From positions 1 through 58,412 of the forward strand of contig JAWLEP010000005.1 in the NCBI GenBank assembly GCA_041686025.1: DNA of 58,412 nt, in the 5' to 3' direction. Every line of letters begins with the position of its first letter. Positions within the stretch are counted from its first letter, which is position 1. This stretch comes from Candidatus Fermentibacteraceae bacterium (GTDB taxonomy: Bacteria; Fermentibacterota; Fermentibacteria; Fermentibacterales; JCC-6). A program made the translations under genes and the position numbers. Under the pieces are notes generated by a model that ran no database searches, was not told the DNA's origin, and saw only the letters and a list, made by a program, of their open reading frames with translations. This document shows positions 26,780-36,314 of the stretch, piece after piece.

Positions 26780-27838
26780 TCAGGCCTCTTCCTTCTCTGA
26801 GCCATTCGCTTCGTCGCTTTTGGCGCCGGAGCCCTCATCGGGCTCGTCGGTCTTCTCCCCGTCGGCCTTCTTCGCCTTGCTGCCGGTTGAGGACGCCTTC
26901 TTCTTGGGGGCCGCCTTCTTCCTGGGGGCCACCTTCTTCCTGGAAACCGCCTTCTTCTTCGGGGCAGGCTTCTCGTCGGCCGGCTTCTTCCTGGGAGCCG
27001 GCTTCTTCCTGGGGGCGGGCTCTTCCTCTTCCTCCTCCGCCTCCCCGGCCTGCTCCTTCTCCTCCCCGGCTTCCGCGGGGGGCTCGGCACCGGCCTTCTC
27101 CTTCTCCGCGGCGGCCTCGGTCTCTTTTCCCTCCGGGGCCGGGGCGCCGGAGTCCTTTCCCTCCTGGGCCAGCAGAGCGTAGTCGGCCAGGGTGGAGACG
27201 ATCAGGGAGATGGACTTGATGGCGTCGTCGTTTCCGGGAATGGGGTAGTCGATCTCGGTGGGGTCGCAGTTGGTGTCCAGAAGGCCCACGCAGGGGATTC
27301 CCAGCTTCCGGGCCTCCCGCACGGCTATCTGCTCGTTCTTTATGTCCACCACCACAACCACGCCGGGCATGCCCTTCATGTTCCTGATGCCGCTGAGGTA
27401 CTTCTTAAGCCGGGCCAGCTCCCTGGTCCGCTGAAGGACCTCCCTCTTGGTGAGGTTGGGGGGAAAGCCCTCCTTGTCGGCCTGCTCCAGCTCCTTGAGC
27501 CTCTCTATGCTCCGGTAGACGGTCCTGTAGTTGGTGAGGGTGCCGCCCAGCCACCGCTCGGTCATGTAGTACTGGCCGCACCTCTCGGCCTGCTCGCGGA
27601 CCACCTCCCGGCCCTGCTTCTTGGTGGAGACGAAGAGGACGCTCTTGCCCTCGGCCACGGTCTTGCTGACCAGGTTGGCCGCCTCCTCGAGGAGAGCGCG
27701 GGTCTTCTTGAGGTCGATTATGTGAATCCCGTTGCGCGCCATGAATATGTACTTGCGCATCTTGGGGTTCCAGCGTTTCTCCTGGTGGCCGAAGTGTACG
27801 CCGGCCTCCAGCATCTGCTGCATGGTGGGTATGCTCAT
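26780..27838 (-). CDS. rpsB: 30S ribosomal protein S2 with long low-complexity C-terminal tail
   Basis: MLEAGVHFGHQ..RWNPKM, RWLGGTLTN, DTNCDP, IPGNDDAIKS; ATG 27838. Confidence 0.98.
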   Translation of the reverse strand: MSIPTMQQMLEAGVHFGHQEKRWNPKMRKYIFMARNGIHIIDLKKTRALLEEAANLVSKTVAEGKSVLFVSTKKQGREVVREQAERCGQYYMTERWLGGTLTNYRTVYRSIERLKELEQADKEGFPPNLTKREVLQRTRELARLKKYLSGIRNMKGMPGVVVVVDIKNEQIAVREARKLGIPCVGLLDTNCDPTEIDYPIPGNDDAIKSISLIVSTLADYALLAQEGKDSGAPAPEGKETEAAAEKEKAGAEPPAEAGEEKEQAGEAEEEEEEPAPRKKPAPRKKPADEKPAPKKKAVSRKKVAPRKKAAPKKKASSTGSKAKKADGEKTDEPDEGSGAKSDEANGSEKEEA

Positions 27839-27861
27839 GAGGCTCTGTTCCTTTCGGTTGC

Positions 27862-27935
27862 TTCCTCCGGTCGGGGTTTCATGGCGCGCCAAACCCCCGT
27901 GGGGCACCGTGGCGCACCGCCCCGCCGTGTGTTTT
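27862..27935 (-). promoter_or_regulatory. Probable rpsB (S2) autoregulatory leader structure (t44-like)
   Basis: AAAACACACGGCGGGGCGGTGCGCC...GGCGCGCCATGAAACCCCGACCGGAGG: ACACAC start, long GC stem and closing GGAGG, in the rpsB 5' UTR. Confidence 0.6.
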
Positions 27936-28008
27936 CCGCAGGAACCGCAGGCCGGGGCTCACCCGGCTCTGCGGTCCGGCAGTGCGATCTGCGGGCAGCG
28001 GCTCCGCT

Positions 28009-28395
28009 CTACCTCTTGGAGAACTGGAAGCGCTTGCGGGCCTTGGGCCGCCCGTACTTCTTTCTCTCGACGATCCTGGGGTCGCGCCTGAGCATGTACC
28101 TGGTCTTCAGGGTGTGCCTGAGGTCGGGGTCCGCCTCCACCAGGGCCCTGGCGATTCCCAGCCTCACCGCTCCGGCCTGCCCCGTGACCCCGCCTCCGCG
28201 GACGTTCACGTATACGTCGAACTTGGTCCTGGAGCTGGTTACGTCCAGGGGCTCCAGGGCATGGCCCAGCTGCCAGACCCTGCCGAAGTACTCCTCCGGC
28301 TCCTTGTGGTTGATGACCACCCTGCCGTGGCCCGGCCTCAGGTAGCACCTGGCCGTGGCGGTCTTTCTCCTGCCTACGCCTATGAACTGCTCCAT
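28009..28395 (-). CDS. rpsI: 30S ribosomal protein S9
   Basis: GRRKTATAR, GGGVTGQAGAVRLGIARAL, RDPRIVERKKYG..KARKRFQFSKR. Confidence 0.98.
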   Translation of the reverse strand: MEQFIGVGRRKTATARCYLRPGHGRVVINHKEPEEYFGRVWQLGHALEPLDVTSSRTKFDVYVNVRGGGVTGQAGAVRLGIARALVEADPDLRHTLKTRYMLRRDPRIVERKKYGRPKARKRFQFSKR

Positions 28396-28839
28396 CTATC
28401 CTCCCGGCTGGTCGAGTTCCATCTGCTGCGGCATCTGGGCAGCATGCGGATGCTCCGCTCCCGCGTACACCTTCAGCTTCCGGAGCTGCTGCCGGGCCAG
28501 ACGGTTCTTTGGAAGCATGCCCTTCACCGCCTGCCTGATCACGCGGTCGGGATGCTTCTGGAGCATCTCCCGGAGCGTGTGGCTTCTGGCTCCTCCCGGA
28601 TATCCGCTGTGTCTGTGATAGCTCTTCTGGGTGCTCTTCTTCCCGGTCACCCTCACCTTCTCGGCGTTGATGACCACGACGAAGTCACCGGTGTCGATGT
28701 GGGGGGTGTATACCGGCTTGTCTTTGCCCTGCAGGACCTTGGCAATCCTGGCAGCAAGCCTGCCGAGGGTCTTGTCGCTGGCGTCCACAACCCACCAGCT
28801 CCTCTCGACCTCACCCTTCCTGGCTGAGTAGGTCTTCAC
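28396..28839 (-). CDS. rplM: 50S ribosomal protein L13
   Basis: GTG 28839 after [61 protein letters not shown]. Confidence 0.97.
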   Translation of the reverse strand: MKTYSARKGEVERSWWVVDASDKTLGRLAARIAKVLQGKDKPVYTPHIDTGDFVVVINAEKVRVTGKKSTQKSYHRHSGYPGGARSHTLREMLQKHPDRVIRQAVKGMLPKNRLARQQLRKLKVYAGAEHPHAAQMPQQMELDQPGG

Positions 28840-28952
28840 CGTAACCTCCGTGACATGAATGGCGTCGCTGGCGTATTCCGAAACCCGTATCCCGTTCTCC
28901 CGCAGGACGCTTGCTCCCGCCGCAACCGCATTCTCTCGCGGGGCGGGGCGGT

Positions 28953-28981
28953 AATATGCAACTAGCTGCGCACTAAGGCAA
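28953..28981 (-). promoter_or_regulatory. Putative sigma70 promoter of rplM-rpsI
   Basis: TTGCCT-N17-CATATT. A second candidate -35 (TTGACT) lies near 29079-29084. Confidence 0.45.
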
Positions 28982-29099
28982 TAGACGCACACCGACCCGG
29001 GCGGCTGTCCGCCGCCTGCGCGGCCGCCTCTCTCAGCGCACTTTCGGGAGCCGGTATATTGTTGATGCGGGCCGGGGAAGTCAACCTCGGGAGGCGCCG

Positions 29100-29945
29100 C
29101 TACCGGCCTCGCCAGCGGGCGATCCGGCCGGCGATGCTCTCGTACAGTCGCCTCCTCCGGGTGCGGTTGAAGCTCTCGGCGGACCTGTACCCCCCGTAGA
29201 CGTTGCCGCCGTAGAAGGAGAGGAAGAGCCAGCCCGACAGCACGCTGCCGGCCACGCTCTCCTCCTCCAGGGAGTGGTAGAGGAGCAGGCCGGTGGCTGC
29301 GGTGGTGAGGAGGGCGTTGAGCCCGTCCCCGGGCCGGCCGCAGATGGTCTGGCCCAGCCCGGGCAGCACCGCGCTGGCGCCGGCGCAGGCGGCGGGGCTT
29401 CGGCGGGGGAGGCTCTGCGCCCGCCGGACATCCGACAGCAGGCCCTCCGCCAGGGGGCCCACCGGACCTCGCGCCACCCCCTCCAGCTCGGACTCCGCCC
29501 GGCCCCACTCGCCCCGGCGGCCGGCGGAGAGGGCTGCCAGGACCCTGCCGGTGCCCTCCAGCTCGGGGTCCTCGGCCTGGGCTGCGGCGGTGAGGAAGAG
29601 GCCCCTGGCCTCCCGGTCCATTCCCATGCCCTCCAGCACCGACCCCGCACCCAGGGAGGCCATGGCTGCGGTGTCCCCGTCCCCCACCCCCGCTGACAGC
29701 CGCCGGTAGAGGGTCAGGGCATCGCCGGGGCGGTCCAGCTCCTGCCAGCACCTGGCCAGGCGAAGGGCCGGCAGGGGCACCGAGAGGGTGTCTCCGCGGA
29801 GGTATATGACCCGCATGTACTCCAGGGCCGCCATCTCCCACTCGCCGGCCCGGTACAGGTAGCCGGCGAACGCCGTATCGGGCTCCGCCGCCGGCGGCGG
29901 GGCCGCGGCCGCCAGCGTCAGAAGGGCAGCGCAAGCGAGGACCAT
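29100..29945 (-). CDS. Exported TPR protein with C-terminal membrane hairpin (SAVLPGLGQ motif)
   Basis: ATG 29945; signal peptide; FAGYLY..GEW..AALEYMR TPR-like helices; [25 protein letters not shown]. Confidence 0.75.
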   Translation of the reverse strand: MVLACAALLTLAAAAPPPAAEPDTAFAGYLYRAGEWEMAALEYMRVIYLRGDTLSVPLPALRLARCWQELDRPGDALTLYRRLSAGVGDGDTAAMASLGAGSVLEGMGMDREARGLFLTAAAQAEDPELEGTGRVLAALSAGRRGEWGRAESELEGVARGPVGPLAEGLLSDVRRAQSLPRRSPAACAGASAVLPGLGQTICGRPGDGLNALLTTAATGLLLYHSLEEESVAGSVLSGWLFLSFYGGNVYGGYRSAESFNRTRRRRLYESIAGRIARWRGR

Positions 29946-30280
29946 GCCCGCCCACCTCCCTCCCCTTCGGACCCGAAGGGCGGGTCGAGCAGAAGGCCGT
30001 CGGAACCGGCGGGGTAGAAGCCGCCGCGCCGGGCGGACGAGTGGCACCTGGTCCATCTCTCCAGGGCCATGGGCGCCCCCAGCAGGGGGCCCAGCCTGTC
30101 CACAGCCTCCTGTGCGTAGCGGGAGCAGCTGGGCCGGTAGACGCACCTCCGGCCCAGGACGTCCCTGGCCACCAGACGGTACTGGGCGAAGAGGGCGGCG
30201 GAGGGGCCGGGCACGGCAAGCGTGTCCTCCGGGACGGCGGGCGCGGGGCACTCCCACAGCGCCAGCAGCAGCGGGATCAT
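29918..30280 (-). CDS. YidD-like (membrane protein insertion efficiency factor domain) protein
   Basis: ATG 30280; [23 protein letters not shown]...ERWTRCH, DP. Confidence 0.8.
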   Translation of the reverse strand: MIPLLLALWECPAPAVPEDTLAVPGPSAALFAQYRLVARDVLGRRCVYRPSCSRYAQEAVDRLGPLLGAPMALERWTRCHSSARRGGFYPAGSDGLLLDPPFGSEGEGGGRAWSSLALPF

Positions 30281-30789
30281 CGCTCGGCAGAGCACAGCGC
30301 CTCCTCCAGCCGGTCCAGCGTGCACCAGGCCACCCGGCCCCGGGTGATGACCTCCTCCAGCTCCGGGCTGCGGACTCCGGTGACCACCAGAAGCCGGACC
30401 CCGCAGCGGTAGGCGGCCAGGCTCCTGCCCACCAGGGCCATGCCCCGCAGCCGGCCCGGAACCCGCTTCGGCGGCCTCTGGGGCAGGACCCCCAGCCCCC
30501 GTCCTCCGAAGGGGACCAGCATGGACAGCCCCGCATCGGGATCCAGCCTCAGCGGCCGGCGGTAGCCGCCGCGGTCCCGCAGCACGGCCCATGTGAGCCG
30601 GTATACGTACCGGGCGCGCCTGGGCGGCACGCCCTCCCCCGCCAGGGGCTCGAACGCCGGCGGCAGCCCCCATCCCTGCCCGATGGCGGCTTCGAACGCC
30701 GCCGGCATCGGCCGGGCCGGAGCGTACTCCACGCCCAGGGCGGAGGCTCCCAGGGCGGTCCACCCCTCCAGCACTCCCCTGTTCCTCAC
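30277..30789 (-). CDS. Hypothetical protein
   Basis: 170-aa ORF exactly filling the gap, with 4-nt overlaps to recX and the yidD-like gene. Confidence 0.6.
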   Translation of the reverse strand: MRNRGVLEGWTALGASALGVEYAPARPMPAAFEAAIGQGWGLPPAFEPLAGEGVPPRRARYVYRLTWAVLRDRGGYRRPLRLDPDAGLSMLVPFGGRGLGVLPQRPPKRVPGRLRGMALVGRSLAAYRCGVRLLVVTGVRSPELEEVITRGRVAWCTLDRLEEALCSAER

Positions 30790-31415
30790 CGGTCCCCGCC
30801 CCCCTCGGCGTCATCCAGGGCCCTGTCCACCACCCGCCTGGACAGGCCGTAGGGAAACCCCCGGCGGGAGAGGTAGCCCAGGGCCCTGCGCCTGGCCTTC
30901 TCCCCCTGCAGGTGGCCGTACCGCTTCCGCACGCTGCCGACCAGCTCCTCCTCCATCCCGCCGTCCTCGGAATCGGAGAGGGCGGCTTCGGCGTCGGCGT
31001 CGCCCACGCCGCGCCTGCGCAGCTCCAGACGCAGCCTGCGGACACCCATGGGCGACCGGCCGCCGCGGTGGGCCTCCACGTAGGCCCGGGCGTAGCGGAG
31101 GTCGTCCACGTAGCCCAGCCGCACCGCCCAGTCCACGGTCTCCTCCACCACGGACCGGTGGTAGCCCCGCCGGCGGAGGTAGCCGCGGAGCTGGTCGGCG
31201 GTGTGCTCGGCCCTGCCCAGGTAGCGGCCGGTGTCCTTCCTGGCCGCCGGCCCCTGCGCCTCCAGGGCGGTCTCCCGCAGCCGGTCGGCGTCCACCTCGG
31301 CTCCCTCGGCCAACCCCAGCCTCCCGGCGGCCCGGGAGGTGAGAAGCCACTCCCCGCCGTCGGCCTCTACCCGCACCCATCCCCTGCGGACGGGGGACAC
31401 CGAACGGACGATCAA
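30786..31415 (-). CDS. recX: Regulatory protein RecX
   Basis: Directly downstream of recA; RYLGRAEHT..QL..YL.RRGY, LGYVDDLRYARAYV, G.RRLRLELRRRGV, YLSRRGF. Confidence 0.9.
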   Translation of the reverse strand: MIVRSVSPVRRGWVRVEADGGEWLLTSRAAGRLGLAEGAEVDADRLRETALEAQGPAARKDTGRYLGRAEHTADQLRGYLRRRGYHRSVVEETVDWAVRLGYVDDLRYARAYVEAHRGGRSPMGVRRLRLELRRRGVGDADAEAALSDSEDGGMEEELVGSVRKRYGHLQGEKARRRALGYLSRRGFPYGLSRRVVDRALDDAEGGGDR

Positions 31416-31418
31416 GCC

Positions 31419-32471
31419 CTACTCCTCCTCTTCCTCCGGGGCTTCCTGCGAGGAGGGCATGGGACGGAGGTCCAGCTTCTCCCGGAGCTTGGCCTCGATC
31501 TCGTCGGCAACCTCGGGATTCTCGCTCAGGAAGTCCCGGCTCTTCTCGCGGCCCTGGCCGATCTGGGTGTCTCCGTACGAGTACCAGGTGCCGCGGCGGG
31601 TTACAAGGTCGTGCTCCAGGCCCAGGTCCAGCAGCTCGCCGAACCGGGATATCCCGGTGCCGTGGAGTATGTCGAACTCCGTCTTCCGGAAGGGCGGGGC
31701 CAGCTTGTTCTTGACCACCTTCACCCGGGCCCGGCTGCCCACCACCTCGTCGCCGCTCTTGATGGAGGCCACCCGGCGGATGTCCAGCCGCATGCTGGTG
31801 TAGAACTTCAGGGCCCTGCCGCCGGAGGTGGTCTCGGGGTTGCCGAACATCACCCCGATCTTCATCCGGATCTGGTTGATGAATATCACCACGCAGCGGG
31901 ACCTGGACACCGCCCCGGCCAGCTTGCGCAGCGCCTGGGACATCAGGCGGGCCTGCAGCCCCACGTGGGAGTCACCCATCTCCCCCTCTATCTCGGCCCG
32001 GGGAACCAGGGCCGCCACCGAATCGATCACTATGGCGTCCACCGCGTTGCTGCGCACCAGCATCTCGGTTATCTCCAGCGCCTGCTCGCCGCTGGAGGGC
32101 TGGGAGACCAGGAGGTCGTCTATGTCGAGTCCCAGGGCGCTGGCGTACGTGGGGTCCAGGGCGTGCTCCACGTCTATGAAGGCCGCCTCGCCGCCGTGCT
32201 TCTGGGCGCTGGCCAGTATCTGCAGCGCCAGGGTGGTCTTGCCCGAGGACTCCGGGCCGTAGATCTCCACCAGTCTGCCCCTGGGGACTCCGCCTATTCC
32301 CAGGGCCATGTCCAGGGAGATGGAGCCGGTGGGGATCACGTCCACCTTCATGGCCGTGTTCTCCCCCAGCCTCATGATGGCCCCCTGCCCGAACTGCTTC
32401 TGTATCTGGTGGAAGGCCGACTTGAGGGCCTTCTGCTTGTCCGAGGAGCCTCCGCTTCCCTTCTTGGCCAT
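31419..32471 (-). CDS. recA: Recombinase RecA
   Basis: [73 protein letters not shown]. Confidence 0.99.
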   Translation of the reverse strand: MAKKGSGGSSDKQKALKSAFHQIQKQFGQGAIMRLGENTAMKVDVIPTGSISLDMALGIGGVPRGRLVEIYGPESSGKTTLALQILASAQKHGGEAAFIDVEHALDPTYASALGLDIDDLLVSQPSSGEQALEITEMLVRSNAVDAIVIDSVAALVPRAEIEGEMGDSHVGLQARLMSQALRKLAGAVSRSRCVVIFINQIRMKIGVMFGNPETTSGGRALKFYTSMRLDIRRVASIKSGDEVVGSRARVKVVKNKLAPPFRKTEFDILHGTGISRFGELLDLGLEHDLVTRRGTWYSYGDTQIGQGREKSRDFLSENPEVADEIEAKLREKLDLRPMPSSQEAPEEEEE

Positions 32472-32557
32472 GTGTCAACCGCCTTTCGAATTGTGTCCGG
32501 ACCGGCCCGCGCCGCCGCAGCGGCAGCCCCCGGCCCGGCGTACGATGACCGGTACCT

Positions 32558-33094
32558 CTAAAGCCCGCAGGAGCGGAGCACCGTGTACTCCGGGCCCCGG
32601 GGCGTAAGCCTGCTGTTGCATATCTCCACCCTGTCCGCGGTCCCCGCAACCGGCGGCAGGTCCGGAAGGTCCTCGGGGATCCCGCCGCCGCGGCGCCGCT
32701 TCCTGGCCACGGTAACGTGCGGGACGAAGGGGCCGGGCCGGCCCTTCCTGCCCCGCCCGTCGGGGACCTCGCCCATCCTTCGGGCCAGCTCCTCGACGGC
32801 GGGGTCGAAGCGTCCGCCTATCCACAGAACGGTGGCCGGGCCCCTGCGGCCGCGCCGGAACCTGCCCACCCGGTTAAGCTCGAATCCTATCTCGCCGGGG
32901 CCGCACTCCTCCACGGCCCGCTCCAGCCTGTCTATGCGGTCCTCCTCCACGTCTCCCAGAAAACGCAGGGTCACGTGGAGCCGGCCGCGGCCCACCCACT
33001 TCAGGTGGGGGTGCTCCCGCCGCAGGGGCTCCATCCAGGACTCCATGGCGTCCAGGACGTGGGGTGGCATGGGAAGGGCGGCGAACACCCTCAT
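32558..33094 (-). CDS. thpR: RNA 2',3'-cyclic phosphodiesterase (2H family)
   Basis: MRVFAA, LHVTLRFLG and FVPHVTVAR (two HxT motifs), SRLTPRGPEY. Confidence 0.93.
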   Translation of the reverse strand: MRVFAALPMPPHVLDAMESWMEPLRREHPHLKWVGRGRLHVTLRFLGDVEEDRIDRLERAVEECGPGEIGFELNRVGRFRRGRRGPATVLWIGGRFDPAVEELARRMGEVPDGRGRKGRPGPFVPHVTVARKRRRGGGIPEDLPDLPPVAGTADRVEICNSRLTPRGPEYTVLRSCGL

Positions 33095-34317
33095 GGCCCG
33101 CCCCCGGTGAGGCGCTCCAGCAGCATGCCCATGACGAAGCTCACCGCCGACCGCCTCACGTGGCCGCGGTCGCCGCCGAACAGCTCCCGCGCCTGATGCC
33201 CGCCTCCGGGGTGCGAGACAGCCATCCAGACGGTGCCCACCGGCTTCTCCGCGCTGCCTCCGGAGGGGCCGGCCACTCCCGACACCGCCATGGCCGCATC
33301 CGAGCCCACGAGTTGGCGCACGCCCTCCGCCATGGCCTCCACCACCTGACGGCTCACCGCCCCGTGGCTGTCCATGGTCTCCAAAGGGACCCCCAGCAGA
33401 CTCGACTTCACCCGGTTGGAGTAGCTGATCACCCCGCCGGCGAACCAGTCGGAGGCGCCGGGCACCGCGGTCAGCTCGCCCCCCAGCAGTCCCCCGGTGC
33501 AGGACTCCGCCACCGCCAGGGTCAGACCCCGGGAGAGCAGCTCCTCACCCAGCCTCCCGGCCAGGGACACCTCCCGGCTCCGGGAGTAGACCCGACCGGG
33601 GTAGACCTCCGCAACCCTCCGGGCCATCTCCTCCCTGGACTCTCCGAAAATCTTCAGGTCCACCCGGCAGGCCGAGGGCAGGAAAGCCAGGCGGCAGCCC
33701 AGGTCTTCGGCAATGGGGGCCAGGGAGTCGAACAGGTCGTTCTCCCGCACGCCCCAGGTTCTCAGCAGGGAGTATCCCTCGGTGCCGGCGCCACAGACCC
33801 CCAGGGCCTCCAGGCAGCGGTCCAGCAGGCCGCGCACCTCGGCGGGAACGCCGGGAAGGCAGACCACCGCGGACTCCCCCGCAGCCATCACCACTCCCGG
33901 GGCGACTCCCACAGCGTTCTCCACCGGCCCGGCGCCCCGGGGAAGGTCCGCCTGCCCCAGCGCCGACCGGGGGCACTCGCGTCCCAGGTCCTCCATCCTG
34001 GCCCTCACCATGGCCTCCGCCTCGGCGCTCCGCTCCAGGGGCAGCTCCAGGGCCCGGGCCACCGCAGGCAGCGTCATGTCGTCATCGGTGGGGCCCAGTC
34101 CTCCGGTGGTCACCAGGAGGCGGCCGGGCTCCAGCAGGTGGCGGACCGCCGCCGAGATGGCGTCCAGGCTGTCCGCCACGGTCCTGGCCTCCACCACGGC
34201 AATGCCCCGGGCGGAGAGGCCGCGGGAGACCTGCATCAGGTTTGCGTCCCTGGTGCGGCCCTCCAGCAGCTCGTCGCCTATGGTCAGGACCGCCGCGCTG
34301 TCAGGAGAGAACGGCAT
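33091..34317 (-). CDS. cinA: CinA family protein (MoCF-like domain + PncC NMN deamidase)
   Basis: IGDELLEG, TTGGLGPTDDDMT, LPGVPAE, LAVAESCTGG, VPGAS..F.GGVISYSN, SGVAGPSGG..KPVGTV. Confidence 0.94.
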   Translation of the reverse strand: MPFSPDSAAVLTIGDELLEGRTRDANLMQVSRGLSARGIAVVEARTVADSLDAISAAVRHLLEPGRLLVTTGGLGPTDDDMTLPAVARALELPLERSAEAEAMVRARMEDLGRECPRSALGQADLPRGAGPVENAVGVAPGVVMAAGESAVVCLPGVPAEVRGLLDRCLEALGVCGAGTEGYSLLRTWGVRENDLFDSLAPIAEDLGCRLAFLPSACRVDLKIFGESREEMARRVAEVYPGRVYSRSREVSLAGRLGEELLSRGLTLAVAESCTGGLLGGELTAVPGASDWFAGGVISYSNRVKSSLLGVPLETMDSHGAVSRQVVEAMAEGVRQLVGSDAAMAVSGVAGPSGGSAEKPVGTVWMAVSHPGGGHQARELFGGDRGHVRRSAVSFVMGMLLERLTGGGP

Positions 34318-34786
34318 GCATCACCCATCCCAAGGCGATCACCGCCGCCGCCATGACGCCGGCGGCCAGATCGTCCAGCATTATCGAGGCGGGCCCGCCG
34401 CGTCTGTCCAGGGCGGAGACGGGCCAGGGTTTCAGTATGTCGAAGATTCTGAACAGCACAAGGGCCGCCAGAACGCCCCAGCCGCCGTACATGTACCAGG
34501 CCGGGATGCAGGCCAGCCAGCAGCCCACGAACTCGTCTATGGTCACCCGGGACGGATCTCCGCCCCAGTCCGGCACCACCTGCACGCAGGAGTGGAAGCC
34601 GGCGGCGGCGGACCCGGCCAGGACCAGGAGCATGCCCCACCAGTCCAGCACCGGCGCCGCAAGCATGAACAGCCCGGCGGCGACCAGGCTGCCCACGGTC
34701 CCCGGGGCGAAGGGGAAGTAGCCTGTGAAGAAGGTGGTCGCGGCCAGCCTGGCCAGCAGGGGGGCGCGTCTGCGTCTGCCGATCAC
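34301..34786 (-). CDS. pgpA: Phosphatidylglycerophosphatase A
   Basis: GYFPFAPGTVGSL, DPSRVTIDEFVG, LFRIFDILKPWPV, IMLDDLAAG; GTG 34786. Confidence 0.93.
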   Translation of the reverse strand: MIGRRRRAPLLARLAATTFFTGYFPFAPGTVGSLVAAGLFMLAAPVLDWWGMLLVLAGSAAAGFHSCVQVVPDWGGDPSRVTIDEFVGCWLACIPAWYMYGGWGVLAALVLFRIFDILKPWPVSALDRRGGPASIMLDDLAAGVMAAAVIALGWVMHAVLS

Positions 34787-35355
34787 TGCAGCAGCCTCCT
34801 GACCACCGACCCGTTGCGCCAGAAGTAGTCGATTCCGGATATCAGCGTCAGGGCCACCGCCAGGATCAGCAGACCCAGGGACACCTGCATCAGGTGCACG
34901 GTTCGGCCGGCGTGGCCGGCGGTCTGGAGCACCGAGGCCAGCAGGTAGCCGAATATGGCCGCCATCTGGGTGGTGGTCTTCCACTTGCCCAGGCGGGAGG
35001 GCAGTATGAGTATTCCAGCGTAGGCGGCTATGGCCCGCAGGCCGGTGACCAGCAGCTCACGGCCGATGATCAGGTAGGCCGACCATACGGGCACCAGGCC
35101 GATCTGCACCAGGCCGATGAGGGCCACCGAGACCAGGAGCTTGTCCGCCAGGGGATCCAGGAACTTGCCGAGGTTGGTCACCCAGCCGTACTTGCGGGCC
35201 AGATAGCCGTCGTAGAGGTCGGTGATGGAGGAGAGGCTGAACACCCCCAGGGCGGCGATGCGAAAACCGGTCCTCTCGTCCAGAAGAAGGACCATGAAGA
35301 CCGGGCTCAGCAGCATCCGCAGGATGGTGATGCGGTTCGGCCAGTTTAGAGCCAT
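34783..35355 (-). CDS. pgsA: CDP-diacylglycerol--glycerol-3-phosphate 3-phosphatidyltransferase
   Basis: NWPNRITILR, TDLYDGYLARK...TNLGKFLDPLADKLLV, RELLVTGLR, GKWKT..Q. Confidence 0.96.
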   Translation of the reverse strand: MALNWPNRITILRMLLSPVFMVLLLDERTGFRIAALGVFSLSSITDLYDGYLARKYGWVTNLGKFLDPLADKLLVSVALIGLVQIGLVPVWSAYLIIGRELLVTGLRAIAAYAGILILPSRLGKWKTTTQMAAIFGYLLASVLQTAGHAGRTVHLMQVSLGLLILAVALTLISGIDYFWRNGSVVRRLLQ

Positions 35356-35364
35356 GCCCCCCCG

Positions 35365-35952
35365 TCAGGCCTTCTGTCGTCCCTTGAACGCCTGGGTGAG
35401 GGTGTTCGCGTCCGCGAACTCCACCGAGGCTCCGGACGGCAGGCCGCGGGCCAGCCTGGTCACCTCCAGCCCCATCTCCCCCAGGGTCCGGGAGAGGTAG
35501 GAGCAGGTGGCCTCGCCGTCGGCCGTAGCGTCCAGGGCCAGTATCACCTCCGACGCCTCCACCTCCCGGACCATCTCCCGGAGGCGGTCCACGCCCAGCT
35601 CCCTGGGGCCCATTCCGTCCAGGGGCGCCAGCAGCCCGTGCAGAACGAAGTAGTAGCCGCCGAACAGGCCCGCCTCGTCGATGGAGCGGAGGTCGGCCGG
35701 GCTCTCCACCACGCAGACGATGCTCTGCCGGGAGGCGTCGCGGCACACGTCGCAGAGCGTGCGCTCGGTGAGGTTCCTGCACCGCCGGCACTCCCCCACC
35801 TTCCGGCAGACCTCGGAGAGGGCCTCGGCCAGGTCGCCGGCCATCTCCCGGTCGTCCACCAGGCTGAAACCCAGCCTCAGGGCCGTCTTGCGCCCGATTC
35901 CGGGCAGACGGGCGAGCTGTGAGACCAGCCTGTCGAAGAGGTCGGAGCTCAC
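35365..35952 (-). CDS. recR: Recombination mediator RecR
   Basis: LPGIGRKTALRL, C4 finger CRRC..CDVC, CVVE, YFVLHGLLAPLDG, TRLARGLPSG..VEFAD..TL. Confidence 0.96.
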   Translation of the reverse strand: MSSDLFDRLVSQLARLPGIGRKTALRLGFSLVDDREMAGDLAEALSEVCRKVGECRRCRNLTERTLCDVCRDASRQSIVCVVESPADLRSIDEAGLFGGYYFVLHGLLAPLDGMGPRELGVDRLREMVREVEASEVILALDATADGEATCSYLSRTLGEMGLEVTRLARGLPSGASVEFADANTLTQAFKGRQKA

Positions 35953-36266
35953 ATCATTCCCCCCAGTCCGCCCGTGGGCATGCCCAGCTCCTTCATCTTC
36001 TGCTCGGACAGGGCCCGGCTCTTCTCGGAAGCGTCCCTGACGGCGGCCATAACCAGGTCCTCCAGCATCTCCACGTCCTCCGGGTCCACCGCCTCGGGGT
36101 CTATGGATATGCCCACCATCTCGGCGCGGCCGTTCACAACGGCGCGGACCATTCCGCCTCCGGCCGAGCCTTCCACCCGGGCCTCTTCCAGCTCCTCCTG
36201 CACCTTTGCCAGGCCCGCCTGCATCTGCTGGGCCTGCTGCAGCATCTTGCGCATCTGCTTGTTCAA
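35949..36266 (-). CDS. ybaB: YbaB/EbfC family nucleoid-associated protein
   Basis: QAQQMQ, EGSAGGGMV, IDPE.VDPEDVEMLEDLVMAA; located between dnaX and recR. Confidence 0.95.
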   Translation of the reverse strand: MNKQMRKMLQQAQQMQAGLAKVQEELEEARVEGSAGGGMVRAVVNGRAEMVGISIDPEAVDPEDVEMLEDLVMAAVRDASEKSRALSEQKMKELGMPTGGLGGMM

Positions 36267-36314
36267 AACTGCACCCGCCTTCGCAACCTGGGGGCCGCCG
36301 CGGAATGGACGCGG

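Noticed and set aside
28840..30219. 607-aa ORF suggesting a large N-terminal fusion to ribosomal protein L13
   Set aside because: The extension overlaps other genes and a promoter region; a GTG with SD GGAGGT at 28839 gives a normal L13. The same applies to the over-long ORF-track starts of rseP, dxr, lpoB, yhhQ, maf, pgpA and TIGR02757.
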